64,000 nucleotides of DNA from Eledone cirrhosa. Taxonomy: Eukaryota. The stretch covers positions 124,001 through 188,000 of the forward strand of contig OZ024757.1 of NCBI GenBank assembly GCA_964016885.1. The letters are read 5' to 3'. Position 1 is the stretch's first letter, and each line of letters starts with the position of its first letter. Made by a program: the position numbers and the translations under genes. Of the stretch, positions 1 through 13,625 are shown piece by piece. The notes under the pieces were generated by a model. It ran no database searches. It saw only the letters and a program-made list of their open reading frames with translations, and was not told the DNA's origin.

Positions 1-3000
1 GAGATAGTGACATTGGGGTGAAGACAATAGCTACTAGGGTGCGATAGTGACATTGGGTGAAGACAATAGCTACTAGGGTGAGATAGTGACATTGGTGTGA
101 AGACAGTAGCTACTAGAGTGAAATAGTGACATTAGGGTGAAGACAGTAGCTACTAGGGTGAGATAGTGACATTAGGGTGAAGACAGTAGCTACTAGGGTG
201 AGATAGTGACATTGGGGTGAAGACAGTAGCTACTAGGGTGAGATAGTGACATTCGGGTGGAGACAGTTGAAACTAGGGTGAGATAGTGACATTGGGGTGG
301 AGACAATAGCTTCTAGGGTGAGATAGTGACATTGGGGTGAAGACAGTAGCTACTAGGGGTGAGATAGTGACATTGGGGTGAAGACAGTAGCTACTAGGGT
401 GAGATAGTGACATTGGGGTGAAGACATTAGCTACTACAGTGAGATAGTGACATTGGGGTGCAGACAGTAGCTACTAGGGTGAGATAGTGACATTGGGGTG
501 CAGACAGTAGCTACTAGGGCGAGATAGTGACATTAGAGTGAAGACAGTAGTTACTAGGGTGAGATAGTGACATTGGGGTGATGACAGTAGCTACTAGGGT
601 GCGATAGTGACATTGGGTGAAGACAATAGCTACTAGGGTGAGATAGCGACATTGGTGTGAAGACAGTAGCTACTAGAGTGAAATAGTGACATTAGGGTGA
701 AGACAGTAGCTACTAGGGTGAGATAGTGACATCAGGGTGAAGACAGTAGCTACTAGGGTGAGATAGTGACATTGGGGTGAAGACAGTAGCTACTAGGGTG
801 AGATAGTGACATTCGGGTGGAGACAGTTGAAACTAGGGTGAGATAGTGACATTAGGGTGAAGACAGTAGCTTCTAGGGTGAGATAGTGACATTCGGGTGA
901 AGACAGTAGCTACTAGGGGTGAGATAGTGACATTGGGGTGAAGACAGTAGCTACTAGGGTGAGATAGTGACATTGGGGTGAAGACAGTAGCTACTTGGGT
1001 GAGATAGTGACATTAGGGTGAAGACATTAGCTACTACAGTGAGATAGTGACATTGGGGTGCAGACAGTAGCTACTAGGGTGAGATAGTGACATTAGAGTG
1101 AAGACAGTAGTTACTAGGGTGAGATAGTGACATTGGGGTGATCACAGTAGCTACTAGGGTGCGATAGTGACATTGGGGTGAAGACAGTAGTTACTAGGGT
1201 CAGCTAGTGACATTGGGGTGAAAACAGTAGCTACTAGGGTGAGATAGTGACATTGGGGTGAAGACAGTAGCTACTAGCATGAGATAGTGACATTGGGGTG
1301 GAGACAGTAGCTACTAGGATGAGATATTGAGATTGGGGTGGAGACAGTAGCTACTAGGGTGAGATAGTGACATTGGGGTGGAGACAATAGTTACTAGGGT
1401 GAGATAGTGACATTAGGGTACAGACAGTTGCTATTATCATGAGATAGTGACATTGGGGTGAAGACAATAGCTACTAGGGTGCGATAGTGACATTGGGTGA
1501 AGACAATAGCTACTAGGGTGAGATAGCGACATTGGTGTGAAGACAGTAGCTACTAGAGTGAAATAGTGACATTAGGGTGAAGACAGTAGCTACTAGGGTG
1601 AGATAGTGACATTAGGGTGAAGACAGTAGCTACTAGGGTGAGATAGTGACGTTAGGGTGAAGACAGTAGCTACTAGGGTGAGATAGTGACATTCGGGTGG
1701 AGACAGTTGAAACTAGGGTGAGATAGTGACATTGGGGTGGAGACAATAGCTTCTAGGGTGAGATAGTGACATTCGGGTGAAGACAGTAGCTACTAGGGGT
1801 GAGATAGTGACATTGGGGTGAAGACAGTAGCTACTAGGGTGAGATAGTGACATTGGGGTGAAGACAGTAGCTACTTGGGTGAGATAGTGACATTAGGGTG
1901 AAGACATTAGCCACTACAGTGAGATAGTGACATTGGGGTGCAGACAGTAGCTACTAGGGTGAGATAGTGACATTAGAGTGAAGACAGTAGTTACTAGGGT
2001 GAGATAGTGACATTGGGGTGATGACAGTAGCTACTAGGGTGCGATAGTGACATTGGGGTGAAGACAGTAGTTACTAGGGTCAGCTAGTGACATTGGGGTG
2101 AAAACAGTAGCTACTAGGGTGAGATAGTGACATTGTGGTGAAGACAGTAGCTACTAGCGTGAGATAGTGACATTGGGGTGGAGACAGTAGCTACTAGGAT
2201 GAGATATTGAGATTGGGGTGGAGACAGTAGCTACTAGGGTGAGATAGTGACATTGGGGTGGAGACAATAGTTACTAGGGTGAGATAGTGACATTAGGGTA
2301 CAGACAGTTGCTACTATCATGAGATAGTGACATTGGGGTGAAGACAATAGCTACTAGGGTGCGATAGTGACATTGGGTGAAGACAATAGCTACTAGGGTG
2401 AGATAGTGACATTGGTGTGAAGACAGTAGCTACTAGAGTGAAATAGTGACATTAGGGTGAAGACAGTAGCTACTAGGGTGAGATAGTGACATTAGGGTGA
2501 AGACAGTAGCTACTAGGGTGAGATAGTGACATTGGGATGAAGACAGTAGCTACTAGGGTGAGATAGTGACATTCGGGTGGAGACAGTTGAAACTAGGGTG
2601 AGATAGTGACATTGGGGTGGAGACAATAGCTTCTAGGGTGAGATAGTGACATTCGGGTGAAGACAGTAGCTACTAGGGGTGAGATAGTGACATTGGGGTG
2701 AAGACAGTAGCTACTAGGGTGAGATAGTGACATTGGGGTGAAGACATTAGCTACTACAGTGAGATAGTGACATTGGGGTGCAGACAGTAGCTACTAGGGT
2801 GAGATAGTGACATTGGGGTGCAGACAGTAGCTACTAGGGTGAGATAGTGACATTAGAGTGAAGACAGTAGTTACTAGGGTGAGATAGTGACATTGGGGTG
2901 ATGACAGTAGTTACTAGGGTCAGCTAGTGACATTAGGGTGAAAACAGTAGCTACTAGGGTGAGATAGTGACATTGGGGTGAAGACAGTAGCTACTAGCGT

Positions 3001-3403
3001 GAGATAGTGACATTGGGGTGGAGACAGTAGCTACTAGGATGAGATATTGACATTGGGGTGGAGACAGTAGCTACTAGGGTGAGATAGTGACATTGGGGTG
3101 GAGACAATAGTTACTAGGGTGAGATAGTGACATTAGGGTACAGACAGTTGCTACTATGGTGAGATAGTGACATTGGGGTGAAGACAATAGCTACTAGGGT
3201 GAGATAGTGACATTGGTGTGAAGACAGTAGCTACTAGTGTGAGATAGTGACATTAGGGTGAAGACAGTAGCTTCTAGGGTGAGATAGTGACATTGGGGTA
3301 AAGAGAGTAGCTACTAGGGTGAGATAGTGACATTGGGGTAAAGAGAGTAGCTACTAGGGTGAGATAGTGACATTAGGGTGGAGACAATAGCTACTCAGGT
3401 GAG
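1..3403. repeat. 40-bp satellite array 1 (consensus GAGATAGTGACATTGGGGTGAAGACAGTAGCTACTAGGGT), ~85 monomers, truncated by the window start
   Basis: Direct 40-bp periodicity. Diagnostic variants recur at 880-bp spacing (agacagttgaaac at 821, 1701, 2581). Confidence 0.97.
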
Positions 3404-4460
3404 TCGTCACAACCTCATCCCATGTCTTCCTGGGTCTACCTCTTCCAAGGGTCCTAGCTACTGGGGTTTCTCTGTATCTCCTTATCCAGCTTCTATTTAC
3501 CATATACATCAAATACCCATACCAACATAGTCTTCTCTCTTGCACACTCTATCCAATTCCTCTTATGCCAAATTCTGCTTATGCTATTTCACTCATGCAC
3601 ACTAACATTACATACATTGTATGCTTGCTAAGTTTACTTTTAGTCCTTTCACCTTTTGGTTCTTCTTCCATGCTTGAAATTTCGTCCCTAACTTTCCTAC
3701 AGATTCAGCTATGAGTACTACATCATCAGCACATAGGACGTCCCAGGGATTGCCAATGTTAAACTGCTTAATGATGGCCTGAAGGATAATTATAAACAGG
3801 ATTGGGCTGAGGACTGAACTCTAATGGACTCCTACCTGTACATTTCCACACTAAACTCAGAACCAAACTCACTTTACTAACAGTTTCTCTGTACATAGCT
3901 TGCACTTCTCTTACAAGGCATTCTCCTACACCTAGTTTCCTTAAGGACCACAATATGACAGATACAGATACTCTGTCAAAGGACTTCTCCACATGAACAA
4001 TATTTAGATACAGAGGCTTATTCTTAGCTAGTAACTTCTCTTGTAGTTTTGTCATTAAGAAAAGAGTATATCTGTAGTACTTCTCCCTGGCATAAAATCT
4101 AACAACATCTCATCTAATTTGATTCTTTCCCTAAGTATTAAAACTCTTTCTCACATTTCCATTACTTGTTCCATGCTTGAGTAGTTGCTCCTTTCTAGTA
4201 CCTAGACAGTAGCTACTAGGGTGAGATAGTGATAGTGGGATGAAGACAGTAGCTACTAGGGCGAGATTACCTGATTGACTATGTAGGTGACTAGTTTGAA
4301 ATCTACTTCCCCAGAACCTTTCAACATCTCAGTTATTTCTAATGGAACAGCAGCTTTACCATTTTTATTCCCCTTGATTGCTTCTTTGACCCTATAACTA
4401 TCTATTTCAATAGCTGGTCCCTCTTTGGGGTTAGTTGGAGGTAGTCTCTCTTTTCAGTTA
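3404..4460 (-). mobile_element. Degenerate RTE-clade LINE fragment (reverse transcriptase and C-terminus)
   Basis: Minus-strand ORF pieces LQEKLLAKNKPLYLNIVHVEKSFDRV, WDVLCADD (degenerate YADD) and GRGRPRKTW, with frameshifts and stops. Confidence 0.88.
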
Positions 4461-4639
4461 TTTACCATTTTACAGGGTTAACTGTGTGTGATCCCTTCTA
4501 TTCATTCGGGAACATATTCAACTTTGATAATAAATTGACTAAATTAGTAAATTCTATACCATACAGTAGTTTCAATACAAGTCTTGGTTAGATCTTCTAT
4601 AAATAAACTGAGAGGAGGGTAATTTTTTAGTAAACCAGT

Positions 4640-4645
4640 TTTATT
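4640..4645 (-). promoter_or_regulatory. Candidate polyadenylation signal (AATAAA) of ZNF gene 1
   Basis: AATAAA on the minus strand just past the last decayed finger, retained in unit 2 at 28938..28943. The AT-rich context makes a chance match possible. Confidence 0.3.
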
Positions 4646-4739
4646 ATGAACATTTACAACATAGGTGGCACAATCTTGGGTGACTGGTGTGGTTTTTATC
4701 TTGTCTTATTGTGTTTGTGTTTCATTAAACAACTTTTAC

Positions 4740-5557
<818 letters not shown>

Positions 5558-7171
5558 CTATGGTTTCTCTCCTATATGGATGAGATTGTGTGTTGTTAAA
5601 TGTCCTTTCAGAGAGAATGATTTACCACAGATATCACAGTGGTATGGTTTCTCTCCTGTATGAATACGTTTGTGATTTGTTAAGACATTATTTTGAGAGA
5701 ATGATTTACCACAGATATCACAGTGATAGGGCTTCTCTCCTGTATGGATGAGATTGTGTGTTGCTAAGTGTCCTTTCTGAGAGAATGATTTACCACAGAT
5801 ATCACAGTGGTATGGTTTCTCTCCTGTATGAGTAAAATTGTGTGTTAATAAGCTTCCTTTCTGTGAAAATGACTTACCACAGATATTACAATGGTATGGC
5901 TTCTCGCCTGTATGAATAAGATTGTGTAATGTTAAGTGTTTTTTCTGAGAGAATGATTTACCACAGATATCACAGTGGTATGGTTTCTCTCCTGTATGAG
6001 TAAGATTGTGTGCTAATAAGCTTCCTTTCTGTGAAAATGACTTACCACAGATATTACAATGGTATGGCTTCTCTCCTGTATGGATGAGATTGTGTGTTAA
6101 TAAGCTTCCTTTCTGTGAAAATGACTTACCACAGATATTACACTGGTATGGCTTCTCTCCTGTATGAGTAAGATTGTGTGCTAATAAGTGTCCTTTCTGT
6201 GAAAATGACTTACCACAGATATTACAGTGATATGGCTTCTCTTCTATATGAATAGATTTGTGATTTGTTAAGACATTATTTTGAGAGAATGATTTACCAC
6301 AGATATCACAGTGGTATGGTTTCTCTCCTGTATGAATACGTTTGTGATTTGTTAAGGCATTATTTTGAGAGAATGATTTACCACAGATATCACAGTGATA
6401 GGGCTTCTCTCCTGTATGGATGAGATTGTGTGTTGTTAAGTGTCTTTTCAGAGAGAATGCTTTACCACAGATATCACAGTGGTATGGTTTCTCTCTTGTA
6501 TGAGTAAGATTGTGTGTTAATAAGCTTCCTTTCTGTGAAAATGACTTACCACAGATATTACAATGGTATGGCTTCTCTCCTGTATGAGTAAGATTGTGTG
6601 TTAATAAGTTTCCTTTATGTGAAAATGACTTACCACAGATATTACAGTGATATGGCTTCTCTTCTGTATGAATAGATTTGTGATTTGTTAAGACATTATT
6701 TTGAGAGAATGATTTACCACAGATATCACAGTGGTATGGTTTCTCTCCTGTATGAATACGTTTGTGATTTGTTAAGACATTATTTTGAGAGAATGATTTA
6801 CCACAGATATCACAGTGATAGGGCTTCTCTCCTGTATGGATGAGATTGTGTATTGTTAAGTGTCCTTTCTGAGGGAATGATTTACCACAGATATCACAAC
6901 GGTATGGTTTCTCTCCTGTATGAATACGTTTGTGATTTGTTAAGACATTATTACGAGAGAATGATTTACCACAGATATCACAGTGGTATGGTTTCTCTCC
7001 TGTATGGATGAGATTGTGTATTGTTAAGTGTCCTTTCTGAGAGAATGATTTACCACAGATATCACAATGGTATGACTTCTCTCCTCTATTCTTTGTTATC
7101 TCATTAGGAATACTAATACCTTTAGGCAGTGTTTCACATTTAACCTTCTTCTCACCCAACTTATTTTCCAT
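5558..7171 (-). CDS. Poly-C2H2 zinc-finger protein with 18 fingers, a short N-terminal leader and no visible effector domain
   Basis: 18 x 28-aa CxxC..HxxxH-TGEKP repeats. The ORF-track start at 7192 is TTG; the first in-frame ATG is at 7171 (MENKLGEKK). Ends at a TAG replacing the Tyr of finger 19. Confidence 0.93.
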   Translation of the reverse strand: MENKLGEKKVKCETLPKGISIPNEITKNRGEKSYHCDICGKSFSQKGHLTIHNLIHTGEKPYHCDICGKSFSRNNVLTNHKRIHTGEKPYRCDICGKSFPQKGHLTIHNLIHTGEKPYHCDICGKSFSQNNVLTNHKRIHTGEKPYHCDICGKSFSQNNVLTNHKSIHTEEKPYHCNICGKSFSHKGNLLTHNLTHTGEKPYHCNICGKSFSQKGSLLTHNLTHTREKPYHCDICGKAFSLKRHLTTHNLIHTGEKPYHCDICGKSFSQNNALTNHKRIHTGEKPYHCDICGKSFSQNNVLTNHKSIHIEEKPYHCNICGKSFSQKGHLLAHNLTHTGEKPYQCNICGKSFSQKGSLLTHNLIHTGEKPYHCNICGKSFSQKGSLLAHNLTHTGEKPYHCDICGKSFSQKKHLTLHNLIHTGEKPYHCNICGKSFSQKGSLLTHNFTHTGEKPYHCDICGKSFSQKGHLATHNLIHTGEKPYHCDICGKSFSQNNVLTNHKRIHTGEKPYHCDICGKSFSLKGHLTTHNLIHIGEKP

Positions 7172-7528
7172 AATGTCTCTTCTTCTCACCAAAGTATATA
7201 GACGTTTTTCTTGTGTTATATTTATATTATATTTCTAGAAATATTGTCTGATTCTATATTTCAATCAACTTTGATCTCAGTTAATATCTGAAGATTATGA
7301 AAACTTCTTTGTCATCCAAGTTTAATTAAAATACAAAATCTTCATTCGAGATAGTGAAGAAACGAACATTTGCCAATAAACTCACTTCTGATGAAATATT
7401 TTACAGTAAGTCAGTCATAGATTTATATAATCAGTGTTATATCAGTTCTGTATAAAACACTTTAGTCTTTGATGATAAATGTTGATGTATCCAAGGTTTA
7501 AAAATTTATCCCAATGTCATCTGGTATT

Positions 7529-7550
7529 CTGAAATAAGAAAGAAACAGTA
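7529..7550 (-). promoter_or_regulatory. Putative splice acceptor of the ZNF coding exon
   Basis: Minus strand reads tactgtttctttcttatttcag|AATACC (pyrimidine tract plus CAG). Same in unit 2, with the AG at 32251..32252. Confidence 0.6.
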
Positions 7551-7675
7551 TGAGTTAATACAGAATACTTAAATACTAGAGATAGATTTATTAGAGCAAA
7601 TTTTAAACTTTTATATCAATAATCTCTAGATATAGACCTTTAATTGAAAAATCAACTTTAGTTTTTAATTTGTTA

Positions 7676-7932
7676 TCAATATTACATCATACAACCTTGT
7701 ATGATATCTATATATACAGACATATATACATATGTCAATGTTACATTGTACAACCTTGTGTAATGTCTATATATACAGACATATATATATATATTACATT
7801 ATATAACCTTGTGTAATGTCTATATATATAGACATAAATATATATATGTTACATTATACAACCTTGTGTGATGTCTATATATACAGACATATATATACAT
7901 ATGTCAATATTACATTATACAACCTTGTGTGA

Positions 7933-7970
<38 letters not shown>

Positions 7971-8064
7971 CATATATATATTGCATTATACAACCTCGTG
8001 TAATGTCTATATATATATACAGACATATATATATTACATTATACAACCTTGTGTAATGTCTATA
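7676..8064. repeat. TA-variable minisatellite (tacattatacaaccttgtgtaatgtc(ta)n[g/c]agacat...), left block
   Basis: Repeated ~45-60 bp units with variable TA runs. The same repeat resumes at 9346. Confidence 0.9.
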
Positions 8065-8410
8065 TCATCATTCATCATCATTTCACTTTACGTCCGCTTT
8101 TTCCCTGCTTGCAAGGGTGGGACAGGAAATGATTCTGGCTTGATTTCTACAGCTGGATGCCCTTCCTAACACCAACCTCATTTACAGTGAGTGCTGGGTG
8201 CTTTTTTGCCATGGCACCTCCACGACCACTTTGCAGTGGAATGATATGGACCCCAGTCCCTATCATCTCATTTCTACAGCTGAGTAAACTGGAGCAATGT
8301 GAAATAAAGTGTCTTGCTCAAGGACACAACACATCACCTGGTCTGAGAATTGAACTCACAACCTTTCAATTGCAAGGCCAATGCTCTAACCACTAAGCCA
8401 TGTGCCTCCA
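8065..8410 (-). mobile_element. tRNA-derived SINE with a CORE-like domain and an RTE-type tail ending in (ATG)n
   Basis: Minus strand has A box TGGCTTAGTGG, B box GAGTTCAATTC, then GTGTCCTTGAGCAAGACACTT. The tail TTAGGAAGGGCATCCAGCTGTAGAAA is shared with the LINE 3' end at ~13495. Confidence 0.82.
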
Positions 8411-8427
8411 TGTATATATATATATAT

Positions 8428-9345
8428 CTCTCTTGTTCACGATTTCAACGAATTTAAATTCATAGAAATTTGGGACTTGACTCCTTCTTCCTCACTTTTC
8501 GTTGCTTCACCATTTTTGTTTGTTTACACTCGTGTTCCCTTTATTTACGTGTCTCAACGACTTTTTTTAGCCGTTGCTCACACCAACCGGAGGTATATGG
8601 TCTTTAAAGCGATGAAATACCAATGATGGTTGGAAGATCATTGATGAAGGACTAACTTTATTCATATGTAACCCATTAGCAACCCAGCAGCACGTTTTTC
8701 TCATATTTACACATATTGTTTTCCCCGCTGTTACACGTCTATTTCGTTCTTACTGCTTCCTCTTTCTCTGTATCTTTACCCTCTCTAGCAGTCACTCTCT
8801 CTGTTAGCCTCTTCCTCACCCTTCACTCACTCATTCTCTGTTACTACCTCTCTGCTGCCTCCTTCTTCCCGTTTGACCTGTGCGTAATTCTTTTCTTTCG
8901 CACCCTTGGTCTGGCAGGTTGCTTTTTTCTCTCTCTCGTTTACGATTTCATAGAACTTACGTTCACCGAAATCACAGACTAGATCCCTTCTTCCTCCCGT
9001 TAGACCTGTACGGAATTCCTTCCTTGCTTACATTCCAACCAGGTTTGATGGTCTTTATTCTCTCTCGTTCACGATTTCACCGAATTTAAATTCATAGAAA
9101 TTTGGGACTTGACTCCTTCTTCCTCACTTTTCGTTGCTTCACCATTTTTGTTTGTTTACACTCGTGTTCCCTTTATTTACGTGTCCCAACGACTTTTTTT
9201 AGCCATTGCTCGCACCAACCGCAGGTATATGGTCTTTAAAGCGATGAAATACCAATGATGGTTGGAAGATCACTGATGAAGGACTAACTTTATTCATATG
9301 TAACCCATTAGCAACCCCGCAGCACGTTTTTCTCATATTTACACA
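8428..9345 (+). mobile_element. Non-coding element with ~286-bp direct repeats (8428..8713 and 9060..9345), possibly Penelope-like pseudo-LTRs
   Basis: Near-identical direct repeats without TG..CA ends, flanked by (TA)n. CTGATGAAGG in the second repeat. The family assignment is inference. Confidence 0.5.
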
Positions 9346-10045
9346 CATATATATATATATATACATATGTCAATATTACATTATACAACCTTGTGTAATG
9401 TATATATATAGACATATATATACACATGTTACATTATACAACCTTGTGTAATGTCTATATATAGACATATATATACATATGTTACATTATACAACCTTGT
9501 GTAATGTCTATATATATAGACATATATATACATATGTCAATATTACATTATACAACCGTGTGTAATGTCTATATATACAGACATATATACATATGTCTAT
9601 TACATTATACAACCTTGTGTAATGTCTATATATACAGACATATATATACATATGTTACATTGTACAACCTTGTGTAATGTATATATATACAGACATATAT
9701 ATACATATGTTACATTGTACAACCTTGTGTAATGTATATATATACAGACATATATATACATATGTTACATTATACAACCTTGTGTAATGTCTATATACAG
9801 ACATATATATACATATGTTACATTGTACAACCTTGTGTAATGTATATATATATAGACATATATATACATATGTTACATTATTCAACCTTGTGTAATGTCT
9901 ATATATATATAGACATATATATACATATGTTACATTATACAACCTTGTGTAATGTCTATATATATATATAGACATATATATACATATGTTACATTATACA
10001 ACCTTGTGTAATGTCTATATATAGACATATATACATTTGTCAATG
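9346..10045. repeat. TA-variable minisatellite, right block
   Basis: Same unit as 7676..8064. Explains the spurious YIYI-rich ORFs. Confidence 0.92.
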
Positions 10046-10699
10046 TCTGTCAGTCTGGTGCATTGCTCCAGCCACAAATCTCATCAGTAGTTCACAATAG
10101 GCTTTCAATAATATATATATATACATATATATATGGAACTAGCTGTTCCAATGGCAAGCTGTCAGCTCAGTTGTCATGCTCTACTATCTCAAGTATTGAG
10201 TACTCTGTAGAATAATGGTATATATATATATATATAAAATAAACCTGTCGAGAGTTATGAATCAGAATTTGTCGAATCTTACTGTTGCCGAATTGTTGTT
10301 TTGAGAAATGTAATGTATTTCACTTCATTTCCTTGTCTCTCCATGTTTCTTGGTCTAATTTACCTATCAGTATTTATATTGTCCCTTTAACTTTTCATAA
10401 TGATGGTCAAATCTGTAGGTCCTTTATAAAAATAATCTTCTCGTTAACTCCCCCCACGCCACCATTACTATTTGGTCCAATCATAATTCAGTGGCTTATA
10501 ATTATGTTTCTCTTACCAATCTCTTCCACAAAACCACTGCCTCGGCTATCACTCCTTAAGTTTAGACTTGGTTGCTTTTGATATGCTAGATGGACTATAG
10601 AATTTGGAGAGTTTGTAGAATCTGGACACTCAATGACAATGTCAAAGATAAAGATAAATGTTGCCAGACGAGAATGCAAGGACTCCTCTCTATTTCAGA

Positions 10700-13625
10700 C
10701 ACGGATGGCTGTACATAACCTCATCTCCCTCACCCCTCCTTGCACCACCAACCCGTCCCTTCCACCCACCCAAGGAAATCCAAAATTTCAGAGTTGGTAC
10801 TATGAATGTAGCCACTTAAAAAGGTCGCTCTAACGAAGTTGTAGAGATGCTTCAACATGAGGAAGTTGATGTGTGCTGTGTCCAAGAGACCAGGTGGAGG
10901 GGTGGGTCTGCTAGATTTATTGTGGGTAAAATACGATGCTATAAACTTTTCTGGGTGGGAAATTACAAAGGGCTGGGTGGAGTAGAAATTATGTTAGCTG
11001 AAAAATGGGTAGATAAGGTAATTGACGTAAATAGAGTGAATGACAGAATAATTAAAATAAGACTTGTCCTAAATAGAACTACCTGGCATTATAAAAGATT
11101 CTATGAGTCGCTAATGCCCAAATAAATGACAGTGACTACATAATTATTGCTGGCTACTTAAATAGTCATGTTGGACAACATTGTGACGGCTATGACAGAA
11201 TCCATGGTGGCTATGGGTTTGGTACTAGAAATGAGGAAGGCTTCATAATCCTGGAATTCTGTAAAGAAAACTTCAAAAAAGAAGACAATCACTTGATCAC
11301 CTATAGATCAGGGGAACACGCCAGTCAGATAGATTATATCCTTACCAGAAGACGTGACAGAGTGTCTATTGTAAAAACTAAATCCCTCCCCCGTGAAGAA
11401 TGCACCTCCCAACATAGCCTCATAGTTAGTGACCTCATAGTCAGGACTAGACATACTCAACAATAAAAGAATACCTTGAGGAGAAGAATATGGAAGTTGA
11501 AGGACCCCTCAGCCAGTAACAAATTTAAAAGCATATTACTTGATGCTTTTGACAGTAAGGAAGAGCAATTAGAGATATACAATATAGAGGAATAGGGGGA
11601 ATTCCTGAAAGTTAACCTGCTGAAGGCAAAAGATAAGATCAGTGGCTGGAGTAGACCTATAGGCAGGAAGAGAGTAACGTGGTGGTGGAACAGTAAGGTA
11701 GAGGAGTCAATCAAGGCCAAAAAGCAGACTTGGAAAGTATGGCGAGATGGGGGAAGTAGAGAACACTATCAAGTGGCCAGGAGAGAAGCTAGGAAACACA
11801 TGTACTTTGCAAGAAGGGAAGCAGAGGAAAGAAAGTTCAAGCATGTTCTGCAACGCGAGGACCAAAAACGTGAGGTGTTCAGGATTGCTAGGCAATGTGT
11901 CAAGGAAAACCGTGATATTGTCGGGGAGAAGTGTGAGCGTAATGATGATGGTGTACTTGCCATCACTGATGCTGATAAGAAAGTAGCTTGGAAGTGTCAC
12001 TACGAGAGACTACTAAATGAGGAGAATAAATGTAAAAAAGATAGTCTGCCCCAAATTGATCCAATAGAGGGACCAGCAGTGCAAGTTAAAGGTAGTATAA
12101 TAAGGCAATCAAAGATATGAAGACAAGCAAGGCAGCTGGGCCTTCAGGGATAGTTGCTGAAATGCTCAAAGCATCTGGAATGGTGGGACACACTATGGTC
12201 ATCCGGATAGTAAACCAAGTCATACAGAATGGGATCATACCAAATGACTGGCGTAGCAGCATCATCATTAACTGCTACAAGGGTAAAGGAGATGCCCTAG
12301 ATAGGGGAAACTATAGAGGCTTTAAATTAGTTGACCAGGTCATGAAGGTCACAGAAAGAGTTATAGCACAACTAAGCAGAGAGCGAATTGATCTAGATGA
12401 AATGCAGTTTGGGTTTGTGTTTGCTAAAAGTACCACAGATGCTCTTTTCCTTGTACAACAACTACAAAAGTTACCTAGCTAAAAGTAAACCCCTATACTT
12501 AGCTTTTGTCGACTTGGAGAAAGCCTTTAACAGAGTCCCCCGCTCCATTATCTGGTGGGCTCTTAGAAAAGTAGGTGTTGATGAATGGCTTGTGAGAGCT
12601 ATACAAGCCTTGTATAAAGAAATAGTCAGCAAGGTTAGAATTAATGAATATAGTGAAGAATTTAGCGTAAAAGTTGGTGTTCATTAAGGCTCTGTCTTTA
12701 GCCCCCTCCTATTTATTATTGCCGTTCAGGCTATAACAGAGGAGTTCAAGACTGGCTGCCAATGGGAACTTCTATATGCAGATGATCTAACTCTCATAGC
12801 AGAATCGATGGGTGAACTAGAGAAGAAATTCCAAACATGGAAGCATGGCCTAGAATCAAAAGGCCTTAAAGTTAATTTGTCTAAGACTAAAGTTCTAGTA
12901 TGTAGAAAGGAAAATAGGGCACAGGTTACCTCTGGGAAATGGCCATGCTCAAAATCAGCAGTGGTGGAGGGTGCTCTGAAAGTACAGTAGTCAGAACGGG
13001 AATAAGAGGGATCAGATGCTGTTTACTCGAGAGAAGACTATGTTTGGATCGTCATGTGATGTGCATGAAAAACGACAGCTGTATAAAAAAGTGCAGGGCG
13101 ATCAGAATTGATGGAAGTTACGGAGTAGGTAGACCCAGAAAAACCTGAGACGATTTGATAAATTCCGACCTTACACATTTACACCTCTCTAAGACAATGT
13201 CACTGAACCGAGATCTTTGGCGCTACATAGTAATACAGAAGACCCGCCTTACCTATCTACAAAGCAAAACCTACAGTCAGTAGGTACCTCTTAACCAAAT
13301 ATACACCCCCATTCCACTACCCCCCTTTCTCTATAAAGTTATGTTGGTACCACAACATACAGTCAAAATAAATGAGATAATGAGATCGAGATCATGTAAG
13401 TGTCACTACAAAAAAACACACAGTTCACACTGTAATGTGGCTGTGTAGGTAACACAGCAGAACCTCCCAGTCCACACTGTAAACATTGTTGGTGTTAGGA
13501 AGGGCATCCAGCTGTAGAAAACCTGCCAGATACAGTCCTATAAGAGCGAGACACGTTGACCTGACCAATCTTGCCTCAACCCATGCTAGCGTGGAAGATA
13601 GCTGTTAAACAATGATGATGATGAT
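10700..13625 (+). mobile_element. Near-full-length inactivated RTE-clade LINE (AP endonuclease + reverse transcriptase)
   Basis: APE motifs VCCVQETRWRG and SQIDYIL; RT motifs KGKGDALDRGNYRG, AFVDLEKAFNRV and ELLYADDL; GRPRKT C-terminus; (ATG)n tail at ~13612-13625; several stops, frameshifts and deletions. Confidence 0.93.

Noticed and set aside
1-3403. CRISPR-like array
   Set aside because: Monomers are contiguous with no unique spacers, there are no cas genes, and the context is eukaryotic. The same applies to the 44-bp arrays.
7172-7528. KRAB, BTB or SET effector domain upstream of the fingers
   Set aside because: The frame is closed shortly upstream of 7192 and no such motif is visible. 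PRDM9 is only an analogy.
8330-8410. tRNA gene
   Set aside because: A and B boxes are present but lead into a SINE body; I could not fold a convincing cloverleaf.
9655-9975. YIYI-rich ORFs (also 7868, 32594, 34087, 45029)
   Set aside because: Translations of TA microsatellite and minisatellite sequence.
10285-10679. Overlapping short ORFs conserved in both units
   Set aside because: Conservation is explained by the recent duplication; no recognisable domain, possibly a TE remnant.
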